DNA from: an uncultured Syntrophaceae bacterium
GTDB lineage: Bacteria; Desulfobacterota; BSN033; UBA1163
Length of the DNA: 64,000 nucleotides
NCBI GenBank assembly: GCA_964390545.1
Contig: CAYMJV010000002.1
Span: 15,555 to 79,554, forward strand
Direction: 5' to 3'
Shown: positions 28,950 to 39,610 of the stretch, one piece after another
Layout of the letters: every line of letters starts with the position of its first letter
Numbering within the stretch: the stretch's first letter is position 1
The notes under the pieces: model-generated
What the model was told of the DNA's origin: nothing
Database searches by the model: none
What the model saw: only the letters and a program-made list of their open reading frames with translations
Program-made: the position numbers and the translations under genes

Positions 28950-29714
28950 TCACTTGTTTAAATTCAAATACAAAGTGATGATCGCCTCTCCATAGAAGAG
29001 GGAAACAGCGGCCCCAAGGGAAAGAAAGGGTCCAAAGGGGATCGCATATTTCAAATCTTTCCCTTTGAGCATCATGACGATCACGCCGATGATGGATCCG
29101 ATGAGTGAACCTAAGAGAATGGTGAGGATTACGGCTTTCCAACCCAAGAAGGCCCCGATCATCGCCAGTAATTTGACATCCCCTCCACCCATCCCCTCCC
29201 TTTTGAACAACCACTGATAAAAAGTGGCAACCAGAAAAAGACTCCCTCCTCCCAAGAGAACCCCTATCAGAGAATTTAAAAATGTGAGTTGGGGAAGAAT
29301 GAACGAAGCGATGAGTCCAACACCTATCCCGGGCAGGCTGATCACATCAGGAATGATCTGGTGAAACAAGTCGATGACCGTAATGACAATTAAACTCGCT
29401 AGGAATGAGAAATAGAAAAGATAGCTCCAAGAAACCCCGAACCGGCTGAACAGAAGGAAGGAACTGAGGGCGGTCACCCCTTCCACAAGGGGATACTGCG
29501 AAGAGATAGGGCCTTGACAATAGCGACATTTTGCCCTGAGGAGGAGGTAGCTGACCAGAGGGATATTGTCATAAAAAGGAATTGAACGTTGACAATGAGG
29601 ACAATGAGAGCCCGGAAAGATGATCGATTCCCCCTTGGGGATTCGACAGATACAGACATTCAGGAAACTACCGACGATGGCCCCAAAAACAATTGAACCC
29701 ACGATCCACATCAA
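28950..29714 (-). CDS. pilD: Prepilin peptidase / N-methyltransferase PilD (A24 family)
   Basis: CPHCQ...CRYCQ zinc motif, multiple TM helices, and the active-site region GMGGGDVKLLAMIGAFLGW. Confidence 0.9.
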   Translation of the reverse strand: MMWIVGSIVFGAIVGSFLNVCICRIPKGESIIFPGSHCPHCQRSIPFYDNIPLVSYLLLRAKCRYCQGPISSQYPLVEGVTALSSFLLFSRFGVSWSYLFYFSFLASLIVITVIDLFHQIIPDVISLPGIGVGLIASFILPQLTFLNSLIGVLLGGGSLFLVATFYQWLFKREGMGGGDVKLLAMIGAFLGWKAVILTILLGSLIGSIIGVIVMMLKGKDLKYAIPFGPFLSLGAAVSLFYGEAIITLYLNLNK

Positions 29715-29780
29715 AGTTCCTCCGAGACTGAAAGGTTATATCATTGAACCCTGTGCGTTATGCTCTTTCCCCTCGGCATC

Positions 29781-31697
29781 TTATCGATGACATTCCAAAT
29801 CCTGAATCATCCACCTCAAATCTTCCACCCTTGGCTTCGCCTTGGGAACCATTTCAATCCCTTTTTGATAATAATACTTACCCTTTTCGATATCCTTCAT
29901 TCTGCTGACATAAATGTTACCCAGTTCCTCATAAAGGGTGATGATGCCTGGGGCCAATTTCATTGCCTTCGTCAACTCTCTAATGGCACCTTCATAGTCA
30001 CCCATTTCCTTATAGAGGATCCCTAATCCAAATAATAGCCTCACATCCTTTGGATTTTTCGATAGTAAATTTCTTAGGATCGCCTCTGATTTCCCATACT
30101 CCTTTTGGTTCTGGTAGTAAAGAGAAAGGTTGATTTTCAAGACCTCATCTTCGGGTTTCAACGACAGGGCAGCCATCAACTCCTGAAGGGCCCGTTCAGG
30201 CCGATTAAGTTTTTGATAAACGATACCAAGATTGTTTCGAGACTCATAATCTATCGGAAGAATCTGGACCGCTTTTTCGAGATATTCTGCCGCTTTTTCG
30301 TCCATCCCTAAATCCATATAGACGACCCCCATGAGGGCATTGGCCACATTGCTCTCAGGATACTTTTCCACTGCATCTGACCACAGGGTGTAACTGTTTT
30401 CCCATATTCTGTTTTGCTGAATGGTCAGGAAGGAATAACACCCTAGCAAAAACAAAAAAAGGGTTAGGGAGAGTAGTTTGAAAAATCCTTCAGAAAATCT
30501 TGGATGAATGATGGAGGACAACCTATCAAAACCAATTCCCAAAAGAAAACAAGTCGAGAGGGAAGGGATAAAAACATACCGATCTGCCAGAAGGGTGCTG
30601 ATCGGGATAATATTGAGATAAGGGAGCAAGGTCACAAAGAAGAACCATACAGAAAAGAAAATGACCTTTGTCCTCTTGAGAGACCAGATGCTTAACCCAA
30701 GCAGCGAACAAACGGACACGACGGCGATTAGAGTTCGAAGGTTAAGGAGTTCAACGGGAAGAGTAATCGTGTAAGCGGCTGAGTAGTTGAACGCAAAGGC
30801 CAGAAGTTTGATATTGTAGAGAAAGACATAAAAGCTGATCAGGAAGTTATTAAAGAAATTGCCTCCCCTGTAGGGCTTCACTCCTCCGGCATCAAGCATG
30901 ACTCTGATTAATATGAAGGCAAAGATGAGGGAAACAATAATAGAAAGGACGAAAAACAACCAGTGTCCCTTCACAAAATCAATCCATCTGTCTTGTCGGA
31001 GGGCTATCTCATAAACGAGGATGATTGCTGGAAAGACAATGGCTGCGGGTTTTGAAAGCGTGGCCAGAAGAATAGAAAGAAGAACCAGACCAAGGAAGGT
31101 TATTTTAGCCCCCCCCTTCTTCCCCCTTCCTTTGAGGTAGAGATAAAAAGCAAGAAAAAAGAAAAATCCTTGAAGGACTTCTTTCCTAGCTGCAAGCCAT
31201 GTCACTGCCTCCACATGGACGGGATGCGCAGCAAATAAAAGCGCACCGAATAACCCGACACGGAAATGGGAATCTGGCTGCTTCCCTCCTCTCAAATTGG
31301 CAGATAAAAACCTAAGAACAAGAAAGACCATCAGACAGGTAAGTATGTAAAAAAGAATATTTGTTATACGATAACCCGTGGGGTTCAATTTCCAGAATTT
31401 GTAGTCAACTGCGTAACTTAACATCCGAACAGGCTGATACGTTTGCCCTTTCTCAGGCTTAAATATTTTCTTAATTCCTTCCCAACCTAAGTTCCGGATG
31501 CTTGCATTTTGGTAAATCATCCCATCATCCCAATTGGTGAACTGGTGTCCCAGGGTATTAAGATAAAGAACAGCTACAAGAACAGCAATCAGAAGAGAGG
31601 CGATCCATTCTCTTCGAGGACTTACCAACCCCCTCGGCTCATGGGCGTGGGACATACCGGCCTTTCCACTTTTAAATAACATGCGGTTTAAAATCAC
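29781..31697 (-). CDS. GT-C fold membrane glycosyltransferase with C-terminal TPR array (TMTC/PMT-like)
   Basis: 638 aa. First-loop acidic motif (FTNWDDGMIYQN...YQPVRMLSYAVDY) and about 10 TM helices, followed by at least 5 TPRs (NALMGVVYMDLG...LGILYKEMGDYEGAI). The start may be the ATG at 31655, because the track start overlaps the upstream gene by 26 nt. Confidence 0.7.
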   Translation of the reverse strand: MILNRMLFKSGKAGMSHAHEPRGLVSPRREWIASLLIAVLVAVLYLNTLGHQFTNWDDGMIYQNASIRNLGWEGIKKIFKPEKGQTYQPVRMLSYAVDYKFWKLNPTGYRITNILFYILTCLMVFLVLRFLSANLRGGKQPDSHFRVGLFGALLFAAHPVHVEAVTWLAARKEVLQGFFFFLAFYLYLKGRGKKGGAKITFLGLVLLSILLATLSKPAAIVFPAIILVYEIALRQDRWIDFVKGHWLFFVLSIIVSLIFAFILIRVMLDAGGVKPYRGGNFFNNFLISFYVFLYNIKLLAFAFNYSAAYTITLPVELLNLRTLIAVVSVCSLLGLSIWSLKRTKVIFFSVWFFFVTLLPYLNIIPISTLLADRYVFIPSLSTCFLLGIGFDRLSSIIHPRFSEGFFKLLSLTLFLFLLGCYSFLTIQQNRIWENSYTLWSDAVEKYPESNVANALMGVVYMDLGMDEKAAEYLEKAVQILPIDYESRNNLGIVYQKLNRPERALQELMAALSLKPEDEVLKINLSLYYQNQKEYGKSEAILRNLLSKNPKDVRLLFGLGILYKEMGDYEGAIRELTKAMKLAPGIITLYEELGNIYVSRMKDIEKGKYYYQKGIEMVPKAKPRVEDLRWMIQDLECHR

Positions 31698-33654
31698 CCT
31701 GCTGATCCATGAAGATTCGAAACCAATTCTCTAAAAAGAGAAGAGACCAAATCTTTGCCGAATGGTCATAGCGTAAGGAGAGGTGCTCTTCCAGGAGTTG
31801 TTCGATGCCTTCTTTCCTGAAATATCCTCTCTGCAGCGCCTTCCGGTCCAAGAGGACATCGTAAACATAATTTTTTAGATCTTTTCTAATCCATCTTGAA
31901 ATGGGAACGCCGAATCCCATCTTTTTTCGCTTTGAAATAGCCGGTGGAAGAAAATCGGAAAAAGCTTTCTTGAGGATAAATTTGGCCCTGGATCCGTTTA
32001 GTTTGAATTGGGATGGAATTTGTGCGACCAATTCCATGAATTGATGATCCAGAAACGGAACGCGGGCCTCGAGAGAATTAGCCATGGTGGCAATATCCAT
32101 TTTGACGAGTAGATCCTCAGGAAGGTAGGAATGGATATCCAGATAAAGCAATTTATTTAAAGGATCTTCGGTTTCGCTTTCCTCGTATTTTTCTACTAAA
32201 TAACCAACGGGGTCGATGTGCATTAAGGTATGATCCATTTCTGGGGAATAAATTCCACTTCTCTCTTTGGCGTTGAAGATTTTGATCTGTTCTGCGTAAT
32301 TTCTAGCCTGGTTAGAAGATAACAATTCCAGAAAATCTGCCAGCCGATTGAATGTCTTCTCCCTCCAATGCAGGGAAGCCCCCATTCTGAGAATGGGCGG
32401 CATCCAGTCCTTTCTTACCTTTTCTGGAATTTTAGTAAACCAGGCAACCCACTTACTTCGAAGATATCTCGGATAACCTGCAAAATTCTCATCCCCGGCA
32501 TCTCCGGTGAGCACCACTTTCACGAAATCCTTTGTCATCTTCGCCACATAATAGGTGGGAATGGCTGACGAATCAGCGAACGGTTCGCTGTAGTACCATA
32601 CCAATTCAGGCAAAATCTCAATGGCATTCGGCCGCACCACAAATTCGTGATGTTCAGTCGAAAAATGTCTTGAAACAATTCTTGCGAACCCCAGCTCATC
32701 AAACTCTTTCTCTTCAAACCCTATGGAGAATGTTTTTACAGGTTGATGACTCAACTTCGACATGATCCCTACGACGAGACTGGAGTCCATCCCTCCGCTC
32801 AGAAAGGCCCCTACAGGGACATCGCTGATGAGTCTGAGTTTCACCGATTCTTCGAGCCCTGACCTGATTTGATCACCCCATTCATTCAAATCCGCTTTAT
32901 TCTTTTGAATCGGGGAAAAATCGAGGTCCCAGTATTTTTCTATCTTCACCTTTCCTGACAGATCATAGAGCAGGTAGTGGGCGGGAGGTAATTTCTTTAT
33001 CCCTTCGAAGATCGTAAGAGGAGACGGAACATATTGATAAGTCAAATAATGATGAAGCCCAACGAGGTTCACCTTTCGCTCGACCCCTGCTGCTTGAAGA
33101 ATTGCCCTTATCTCTGAGGCAAATAGAAAGCGACCTTTCCCCATCCAGTAAACCAAGGGTTTCTTGCCCAGCCTGTCTCGAGCCAGAAAAAGCCTTTTCC
33201 GCTTCAGATCCCAGATAGCAAAGGCGAACATCCCTCGAAAATATTTCAGGCACTCAACATCCCATTCTTCATAGGCATGAAGGATCACCTCTGTGTCAGA
33301 TCTTGATCTAAAAACATGTCCTTTTTCTTCTAACCCTTTCCTGACTTCTTGGAAATTATAAATCTCTCCGTTATAAACGATCCAAATCGTTCCATCCTCA
33401 TTACGCATGGGCTGATGCCCAGCTTCCGAGAGATCGATGATGGAGAGACGGCGGTGTCCCAACGCCACTTCAAAACCACCTTCATCTCGAGGGGGTCCTG
33501 ATGATTTGTTCACTTCAATGGTTCGACTCCCTCTTAGGAAGAGCATTCCTTCATCATCCGGCCCCCGATGTGCCAAGGCATCACACATCCTCTTGGTCAC
33601 TTCCACGGAGATGCGCTTATTGTCGAAATCGATCTCCCCACAGATCCCGCACAT
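31672..33654 (-). CDS. Asparagine-synthase-family glutamine amidotransferase, copy 1
   Basis: N-terminal MCGICG (Ntn Cys nucleophile), HRGPDD, and the PP-loop SGGMDSS. Confidence 0.85.
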   Translation of the reverse strand: MCGICGEIDFDNKRISVEVTKRMCDALAHRGPDDEGMLFLRGSRTIEVNKSSGPPRDEGGFEVALGHRRLSIIDLSEAGHQPMRNEDGTIWIVYNGEIYNFQEVRKGLEEKGHVFRSRSDTEVILHAYEEWDVECLKYFRGMFAFAIWDLKRKRLFLARDRLGKKPLVYWMGKGRFLFASEIRAILQAAGVERKVNLVGLHHYLTYQYVPSPLTIFEGIKKLPPAHYLLYDLSGKVKIEKYWDLDFSPIQKNKADLNEWGDQIRSGLEESVKLRLISDVPVGAFLSGGMDSSLVVGIMSKLSHQPVKTFSIGFEEKEFDELGFARIVSRHFSTEHHEFVVRPNAIEILPELVWYYSEPFADSSAIPTYYVAKMTKDFVKVVLTGDAGDENFAGYPRYLRSKWVAWFTKIPEKVRKDWMPPILRMGASLHWREKTFNRLADFLELLSSNQARNYAEQIKIFNAKERSGIYSPEMDHTLMHIDPVGYLVEKYEESETEDPLNKLLYLDIHSYLPEDLLVKMDIATMANSLEARVPFLDHQFMELVAQIPSQFKLNGSRAKFILKKAFSDFLPPAISKRKKMGFGVPISRWIRKDLKNYVYDVLLDRKALQRGYFRKEGIEQLLEEHLSLRYDHSAKIWSLLFLENWFRIFMDQQGDFKPHVI

Positions 33655-33655
33655 C

Positions 33656-34834
33656 TTAGGCTCTCCCGCTCAGCATATGTTGATAGAGTTCGATGTATCG
33701 ATTAGCGATCAAATCAATGGAGTAATTTTCTCGTATATATTGTCTGCTCCTTCTACCCACTTCTTCTCTTACTCCTCCCTCTCGAATAAGATAACGGATG
33801 GCATTGGAAAGCCCTTGGACATCTCCGGGATGGACAAGGACTCCATTCTTGGCCAAAATGTATTGCCCTACCGAAACTTCTTTGGATTCTCCCTTCCCAA
33901 GGGCCTCTGGATTTCCTCCGACATCTGTCGCAATGCATGGAATTCCTTGGCTCATGGCTTCCAACAAGGCATTGGACACCCCTTCAGTTCTTGAAGGCAG
34001 GACAAAAAGATCAGCCTCTCTCAAGTAAGAAGAGACATCCTGAACCATCCCACGAAAATCGATTGAATCTGTCAGGTTTAATGATTTGGATAAATTTCTG
34101 AGTTCCGATGCAAGAGGACCATCTCCCAGAATCAGAAGTTTAAGGGATTTTTCATGTTGCATCACCTGGGCCCATGCTTTAATTAGGATATCCATCCCTT
34201 TTTCCCTGCTCAGCCTTGCTGATGTCAGGACAGTTCTAACGGGGGCGTAAGCACCCTTCCCTTCGGACGAAATCTCAACACCATTGGGAATATAGACAAT
34301 GCGCGATTCAGGATATCCGATCTCGATAAATTCCCTTCCACTGATCTTGTTTGTCGCAACCAAATAATCCATTTTCTTGACCAAATATTTCAATTGAAAA
34401 TCCCCTGAAGGATATCGTCTTAACTCCCTGATATCACTTGTCATTCCAGAACTTCCGCTTTTAACAAGAACCGGTTTATGAAGAAGTTCTCTTCCAAAGA
34501 ATACAGAAACAAAAGCGGGGTAAAGGACTTGATGGACATGAATCAAATCGTAATGCTTCCCCTGTGCAAGAAGATAAGCGCCAAGGCTCGCCATATAGGC
34601 CAAGACTCCAAAGGAACGAATCCCTCTTATTCCGAACATTCCCCAGCATGAAAAATTCCGAATGACTCTAATCCCATCTATCCTTTCCGTCGGAAGGGTA
34701 TTGATCCGCCACCACCCTGTTATAAGAGTAACATCAACACTCTTCTCTATTAATTTCTTAGCGAGCAATTGGGCCTGTTTTTCTGCTCCCCCAATGAGAG
34801 GATAAAACTGTGAAATGACCATTAGGACTTTCAT
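33656..34834 (-). CDS. GT4 (GT-B) glycosyltransferase
   Basis: C-terminal EX7E-type motif (LPSRTEGVSNALLEAMSQGIPCIATDVGG). Confidence 0.8.
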   Translation of the reverse strand: MKVLMVISQFYPLIGGAEKQAQLLAKKLIEKSVDVTLITGWWRINTLPTERIDGIRVIRNFSCWGMFGIRGIRSFGVLAYMASLGAYLLAQGKHYDLIHVHQVLYPAFVSVFFGRELLHKPVLVKSGSSGMTSDIRELRRYPSGDFQLKYLVKKMDYLVATNKISGREFIEIGYPESRIVYIPNGVEISSEGKGAYAPVRTVLTSARLSREKGMDILIKAWAQVMQHEKSLKLLILGDGPLASELRNLSKSLNLTDSIDFRGMVQDVSSYLREADLFVLPSRTEGVSNALLEAMSQGIPCIATDVGGNPEALGKGESKEVSVGQYILAKNGVLVHPGDVQGLSNAIRYLIREGGVREEVGRRSRQYIRENYSIDLIANRYIELYQHMLSGRA

Positions 34835-35703
34835 CCGTTACCTTTGCGGGAATCTCTTCGCCTCATGAGATAATTGGGTTTTAAAACCCGTTCCATTCGG
34901 TATCCCTCGCTTTCAAGAAGCTCGATTACGTTTCCTCCTGCCCTTTCCACGAGTTCCGAATGCTGTTCAATAATCATAAAGTCAGGGCGCAGGGAGTCGT
35001 CAATATCCCTGAAGAATTGATGTAGGACCCTAAACTCAAAACCTTCGATATCGAACTTGGCCCCTTGGACTCGATTAATTCCATGTTTCCTTAAGAGCGC
35101 CGCAAGGGGAGAACACGGGACATCAACGTGATCTTCATTCATTGATAAAAATGAATTTCCTGCTCGATTCCCAGTGACATTCAACCCGAGGCGAAGAACC
35201 TCCTTTTTGTTCGAGACTCCCTCATTCACCGCGATAACATTTTGGATATGATTCAATTTAAGGTGAAGTGTAAGTTTTCTAAAATTGTAAGGGTCCGCTT
35301 CCACCGCAACGACAGACCCCTTTTCTCCGACGATCCGTGATGCGATCAGTGAATAAAACCCGATGTGGGCGCCGATGTCCAGGAAGATATCTCCTGGCCG
35401 TAAATGTTTCCTCATAAACTCAATTTCACGGTGCTCGTAAAGATGTGGATAGAATAACAATGCACCATCGACGCACTCATAAGGATCTAACTGCATTCTA
35501 AAACCGAGGGCCTCCACTTCCAAGGATATCCTTCTTTTCCTCAGATAGAACTGTCTCAGGAGACTTGCAGCAAAGGCCGCTCCTCTCATCCGTGGAAATC
35601 TCCTAGTCAGGCGGGATAAGAATTTCAATTCAGAATCCAACGTTGCCTCCGGCAAAGGGTGGTTCAAGCCTGTCTTCATCACCTTCAGCATTGAGTTTCT
35701 CAA
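34831..35703 (-). CDS. FkbM-family SAM methyltransferase
   Basis: FLDIGAHIGFYSL...VVAVEADPYNFRKL pattern. Confidence 0.7.
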   Translation of the reverse strand: MRNSMLKVMKTGLNHPLPEATLDSELKFLSRLTRRFPRMRGAAFAASLLRQFYLRKRRISLEVEALGFRMQLDPYECVDGALLFYPHLYEHREIEFMRKHLRPGDIFLDIGAHIGFYSLIASRIVGEKGSVVAVEADPYNFRKLTLHLKLNHIQNVIAVNEGVSNKKEVLRLGLNVTGNRAGNSFLSMNEDHVDVPCSPLAALLRKHGINRVQGAKFDIEGFEFRVLHQFFRDIDDSLRPDFMIIEQHSELVERAGGNVIELLESEGYRMERVLKPNYLMRRRDSRKGNG

Positions 35704-35814
35704 GCCCCCCTCCTCTGGTCAACTTACTTAAAACATGTTGAGATCTTTCTGTGGATCGGCAAAATCCCTCACCTAACGGACCCCTCAGGTGATCAATCAC
35801 ACCAGGCCCACTTT

Positions 35815-36804
35815 TCAAAATAGGTTTGCCATCCAACCCTTTACAGCTCGGGTGACACGTGCATACTTAGGGAGCACGCTCACATTTCTCTTTTCGAGAG
35901 CGTATAGTGCTCCCCCTAGTGGTAGAGCGAAAAGGACCAAGCTTTTTGCTAACGCAGGCTGAATCTTCCGTAACGATCTCGATATTCCCATCCCCGAGTG
36001 CAGTGAAAATCGAACGTAATTTACTGCCGATCTAAAGAAATCCCATGGGGCGAAGCGAAACCACATGATTTCCTCATTTAGACGAAGTTCGTAATAGAAT
36101 ACCCCCCCCGCAGCATTTCTGGATGGGTCGCTTAACGAATGAGTAATTTGATCTGAAGAAAACGCATTTTGAATAAAATATATCCTTAGCACTTCGTTCA
36201 CGAAACGGGTCTTGTACGACTTTGCAATTGCATTCCAGACCACACCCTCTGGAACATACCTTGCTCCTTCAACGTCTGGGAAAGGATATCGGCGTAACAC
36301 TTCGCTACACTGAAATCCCCACTTTTCGCCTTTCACCCCGTACCGATAATAAATTTCAAGAGAATCAGAATCCGTAATGTCCCAGGGAAATCTATGCCCG
36401 ACCAACCTCCCATACTGGTCCTTACATAGGCCGCAAACCCCGGAGAATCGGGGTTTTTGCTTCGTTGGAATAGAATCCCAGTGGAATTTAAAACGCTCTA
36501 AGGCTTCCGGAACACATGCATCGTCGGAATCAAAAGGGAGGAAGAATTTCCCCTGGGCCTGTTCCAAGCCTCGTCTGAAAGCCACATGTTTTCCCTTGTT
36601 CGGCTGCCACACGTAACGAACGAGAAAATCTGCCTCTTGCTTCCACTTTTCAACGACCTCATATGTATCATCAGTGGAACCATCGTCCACAATGATCCAC
36701 TCGAAACTCCGATATGTCTGCGCTCGAAGGCTTTCATAGACGCGCGGCAACGTATGGGCACGGTTAAGAGTTGGGGTGAATACTGTAAACAATGGCTTGT
36801 CCAA
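35815..36804 (-). CDS. GT2 glycosyltransferase
   Basis: FTVFTPTLNRAHTL...WIIVDDGSTDDT and DxD motif (FDSDD). Confidence 0.8.
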   Translation of the reverse strand: MDKPLFTVFTPTLNRAHTLPRVYESLRAQTYRSFEWIIVDDGSTDDTYEVVEKWKQEADFLVRYVWQPNKGKHVAFRRGLEQAQGKFFLPFDSDDACVPEALERFKFHWDSIPTKQKPRFSGVCGLCKDQYGRLVGHRFPWDITDSDSLEIYYRYGVKGEKWGFQCSEVLRRYPFPDVEGARYVPEGVVWNAIAKSYKTRFVNEVLRIYFIQNAFSSDQITHSLSDPSRNAAGGVFYYELRLNEEIMWFRFAPWDFFRSAVNYVRFSLHSGMGISRSLRKIQPALAKSLVLFALPLGGALYALEKRNVSVLPKYARVTRAVKGWMANLF

Positions 36805-36886
36805 TTTGTCACCTCACAGATCATTCCTCACTGTTTTATAGAAACGATTATGTCTTATTGTCATTTGCCTCCCGAACAAACACAAA

Positions 36887-37684
36887 CTAATTAAACCCGT
36901 GCCCACTCTTACAAATGTTTGATTCAAGGAGTTCAAATCCCTTCTTCCAAAAGAAATCCATTATCTCCTCAGGCTTGGATACCTCGAAGGGATAACCGTC
37001 AACCCAATCGATAAGATCATGCCAAACAGACATCCCTCTGCTTTTCTTCTTCTCAGCCCATTCTTTGAAGGCAAGAGGATTCTGGAGTCGCATCAGCCGA
37101 GCCAAAGCGGAATGAATGAGCCAAAGAGCCCCTACCATGAATACCATGAATATCTGAACCGGCTTTGGAGATTGATTATAGAACTTCTTCAAGGCGGCCC
37201 AGCGGCGGCTTGCATCTCCCTGATCATTATAGATTGAAATGTATAATTTCCCCCCTTCACCGACCAACGGAATAACATTTTCCAATGCTTTCCACATTGC
37301 CCCTGTATGGTGAAGAACTCCCCAAGAATAAACAACATCAAATTGTCCAAGCAGTTTCAGATAATCCCCGTTCAATACATCTCCTTGCTCAATCGTCCAA
37401 TTTGAATCATTGGGGAAATAACGCCGTTTGAGTTCCATCGTACATGCCACTGAGAGTGGATCAAAATCAAACGAGTGAACCCTTGCCCCTAATCGTCTTG
37501 CAGAAAGCGAAAATAAGCCGCTTCCTGAGCCAATATCGAGAAAAGACTTCCCAGTTAAGTAATCCGCCTCCAGCATTTGTCTAAGGGATTTTTGTGCCTC
37601 CAATATTCGTTCTTCATCCAATGTCAAAAGAAATCGCTGCCAGTTTTTACCAAATTCAAATCGGTTTGCTTTTTCAACTTCCAT
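36887..37684 (-). CDS. Class I SAM methyltransferase
   Basis: Motif I FLDIGSGSGLFSL, and FDVVYSWGVLHHT. Confidence 0.7.
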   Translation of the reverse strand: MEVEKANRFEFGKNWQRFLLTLDEERILEAQKSLRQMLEADYLTGKSFLDIGSGSGLFSLSARRLGARVHSFDFDPLSVACTMELKRRYFPNDSNWTIEQGDVLNGDYLKLLGQFDVVYSWGVLHHTGAMWKALENVIPLVGEGGKLYISIYNDQGDASRRWAALKKFYNQSPKPVQIFMVFMVGALWLIHSALARLMRLQNPLAFKEWAEKKKSRGMSVWHDLIDWVDGYPFEVSKPEEIMDFFWKKGFELLESNICKSGHGFN

Positions 37685-37721
37685 TTAGTGCTCACTCATT
37701 GGTTTATTCTCTTAATGTGTT

Positions 37722-38921
37722 TCATCCGGTTGAGTCTTCTTCAAATAATCTAACAAAGGATTTGACAAAATGTTCCTCAGAACAATTATTCTGAATCCAA
37801 AGCCATGATTTGTATGATAGATCAGCATGGTCCCCGTTTCTCAATAATATCTTGACCATGAATTCAGCGATTTCTTTTGAGTCTTTGCTATTAAAAATAG
37901 GAGGCCTCGTTTTGTAATAAGGCACTATGGAATCATTCTCATTTGAAATAGAAATACTAATCGTACCATTCGCTAAAGGTTCTAATGCAGCATAAGTAAT
38001 TGCCGAGGTTCCAAACTGCCCAAAACACATGGCGGCTCCTTGATAATATCGATCAAGTTCCTCTCTCCTCATCTCATCAATCCATATAATAGAATCATCG
38101 ATACCCAAGGCTCTCGATAATGATTTCGATGCTTCCACATCAGGCCCCTTCCTTACAAGAACAAGTTTGGATTGGTGGTCCCCGGTCCGTTTTTTAAATA
38201 TTGCATAGGATTTCAATAGGACGTCATTTCCTTTATTATCCGCCATATCTCTTAGAGTTCCTGACCAGACATGGCGCGTGGAGGAAAAGAAATATCGTTC
38301 CGCCCGAATTTGTTCATATACTATCCTCTTGCTTTGAGCCTTTTGTTCTAGGAGAGTTTGGTAATCAGTAGTCTTGAAATAATGGGGCAGGAAAAACATT
38401 CGCTTACCAGGACATATTCGGCCCAGACTTTCAAGTTGATAGGGAGATATCATGATGGAGGTTGCTTCGCAAATGGATCTTCTTGCCTTAGAACGCTCTG
38501 AGATGACTCTATAAGGATGTTTGATGAACCTCTTACAGAGAGGGGTGTTTGAAAGCGCCATGCGAATAAAGCATTCCTCGTCGATATCTGAGCCATAACT
38601 CCAGTACTTATACTTCATCCCAGCTTTTTTAAGAAGGTAAGCATTTCTCCCTGTGGCAAGACAATGAAGGATATGTTCTTCTGCTTTGATCCGACTTAAT
38701 AAGGTGACGATCTTCTTCGGACTTCGAAGGTGATCTTGAAACACATGAGATTGGTCCCACTCCTCGGATCGGGCGCCATAATGGAAATGTGTCGAATCGT
38801 GGTTCGTTGCCTTTGATCCCAGATAAATATAGTACGTCTCAACGCCATGTCGATTTAGCGTATCCGCCATACGAAAAGGCAGCCCTCCTACTTCGAAGGA
38901 ACAAAAAATGAGATAACTCAC
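37722..38921 (-). CDS. Hypothetical protein, possibly a divergent GT-B-fold glycosyltransferase
   Basis: 399 aa. Only the C-terminal half loosely follows a GT4 layout (KLVLVRKGPD...GIDDSIIWIDEM...AALEPLANG). No firm motif. Confidence 0.35.
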   Translation of the reverse strand: MSYLIFCSFEVGGLPFRMADTLNRHGVETYYIYLGSKATNHDSTHFHYGARSEEWDQSHVFQDHLRSPKKIVTLLSRIKAEEHILHCLATGRNAYLLKKAGMKYKYWSYGSDIDEECFIRMALSNTPLCKRFIKHPYRVISERSKARRSICEATSIMISPYQLESLGRICPGKRMFFLPHYFKTTDYQTLLEQKAQSKRIVYEQIRAERYFFSSTRHVWSGTLRDMADNKGNDVLLKSYAIFKKRTGDHQSKLVLVRKGPDVEASKSLSRALGIDDSIIWIDEMRREELDRYYQGAAMCFGQFGTSAITYAALEPLANGTISISISNENDSIVPYYKTRPPIFNSKDSKEIAEFMVKILLRNGDHADLSYKSWLWIQNNCSEEHFVKSFVRLFEEDSTG

Positions 38922-39610
38922 CGTCTTCTCCCGACAAATGAAAAAGAGTTAGCAGTCATTCGAAGCTTTTTTGAATTATCAATCAGGTAATCGAGATACT
39001 TCAAAAGACAAAACACATATCGTATCGAAATACGCCATAAGGCTTTCAGGTACTTTGTTGGAACAAATTGCTCAAAATATTCTAAAAGGAATACGGATAA
39101 AAATGATCCACCCCCTGATCCGACCTGTTCGAGAATGACATCAAATCTTCTTTCATCAAATAGGGAACGGATCCCTTTATCAGTGAATCTGAAATAATCG
39201 TGCTCGTCATGAATAACGTTCAAGAATGGTAGTTCCAAAACAACATATCCCCCAGAGTGGAGGACTCTAAATATCTCATCCGCAACGATCCATGGTTTTT
39301 TTACATGTTCAAGAACGGCAATGCTATAGACCACATCAAGGCATTCACTCTTGAAGGGTAGAAAATGGGCATCGGCAACGACATGGAGGTTCTTCTTGGA
39401 GAAAGAGATATCCAGATTAATCGTTTTGATGTTCTTTGAAAGATAGTGGTCGAACTGGCCAACACCCGAACCGAGATTTAAAACCCTTTTCCCTGGCCCA
39501 TTCTGGTTCATCCAGTCAAATAATTTCTGATTCCTCACCCTGGTATATGTGGGCTCAGGAAGCCATGCGTATATTCTATTGAACATCTTCTTGAGTCTCT
39601 CTTGAATCAT
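38918..39610 (-). CDS. Class I (type 11) SAM methyltransferase
   Basis: VLNLGSGVGQF...LPFKSECLDVVYSIAVLEHV. The start is taken at ATG 39610, which forms an ATGA overlap with the DegT stop. The track ORF starts at 39643. Confidence 0.7.
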   Translation of the reverse strand: MIQERLKKMFNRIYAWLPEPTYTRVRNQKLFDWMNQNGPGKRVLNLGSGVGQFDHYLSKNIKTINLDISFSKKNLHVVADAHFLPFKSECLDVVYSIAVLEHVKKPWIVADEIFRVLHSGGYVVLELPFLNVIHDEHDYFRFTDKGIRSLFDERRFDVILEQVGSGGGSFLSVFLLEYFEQFVPTKYLKALWRISIRYVFCLLKYLDYLIDNSKKLRMTANSFSFVGRRR

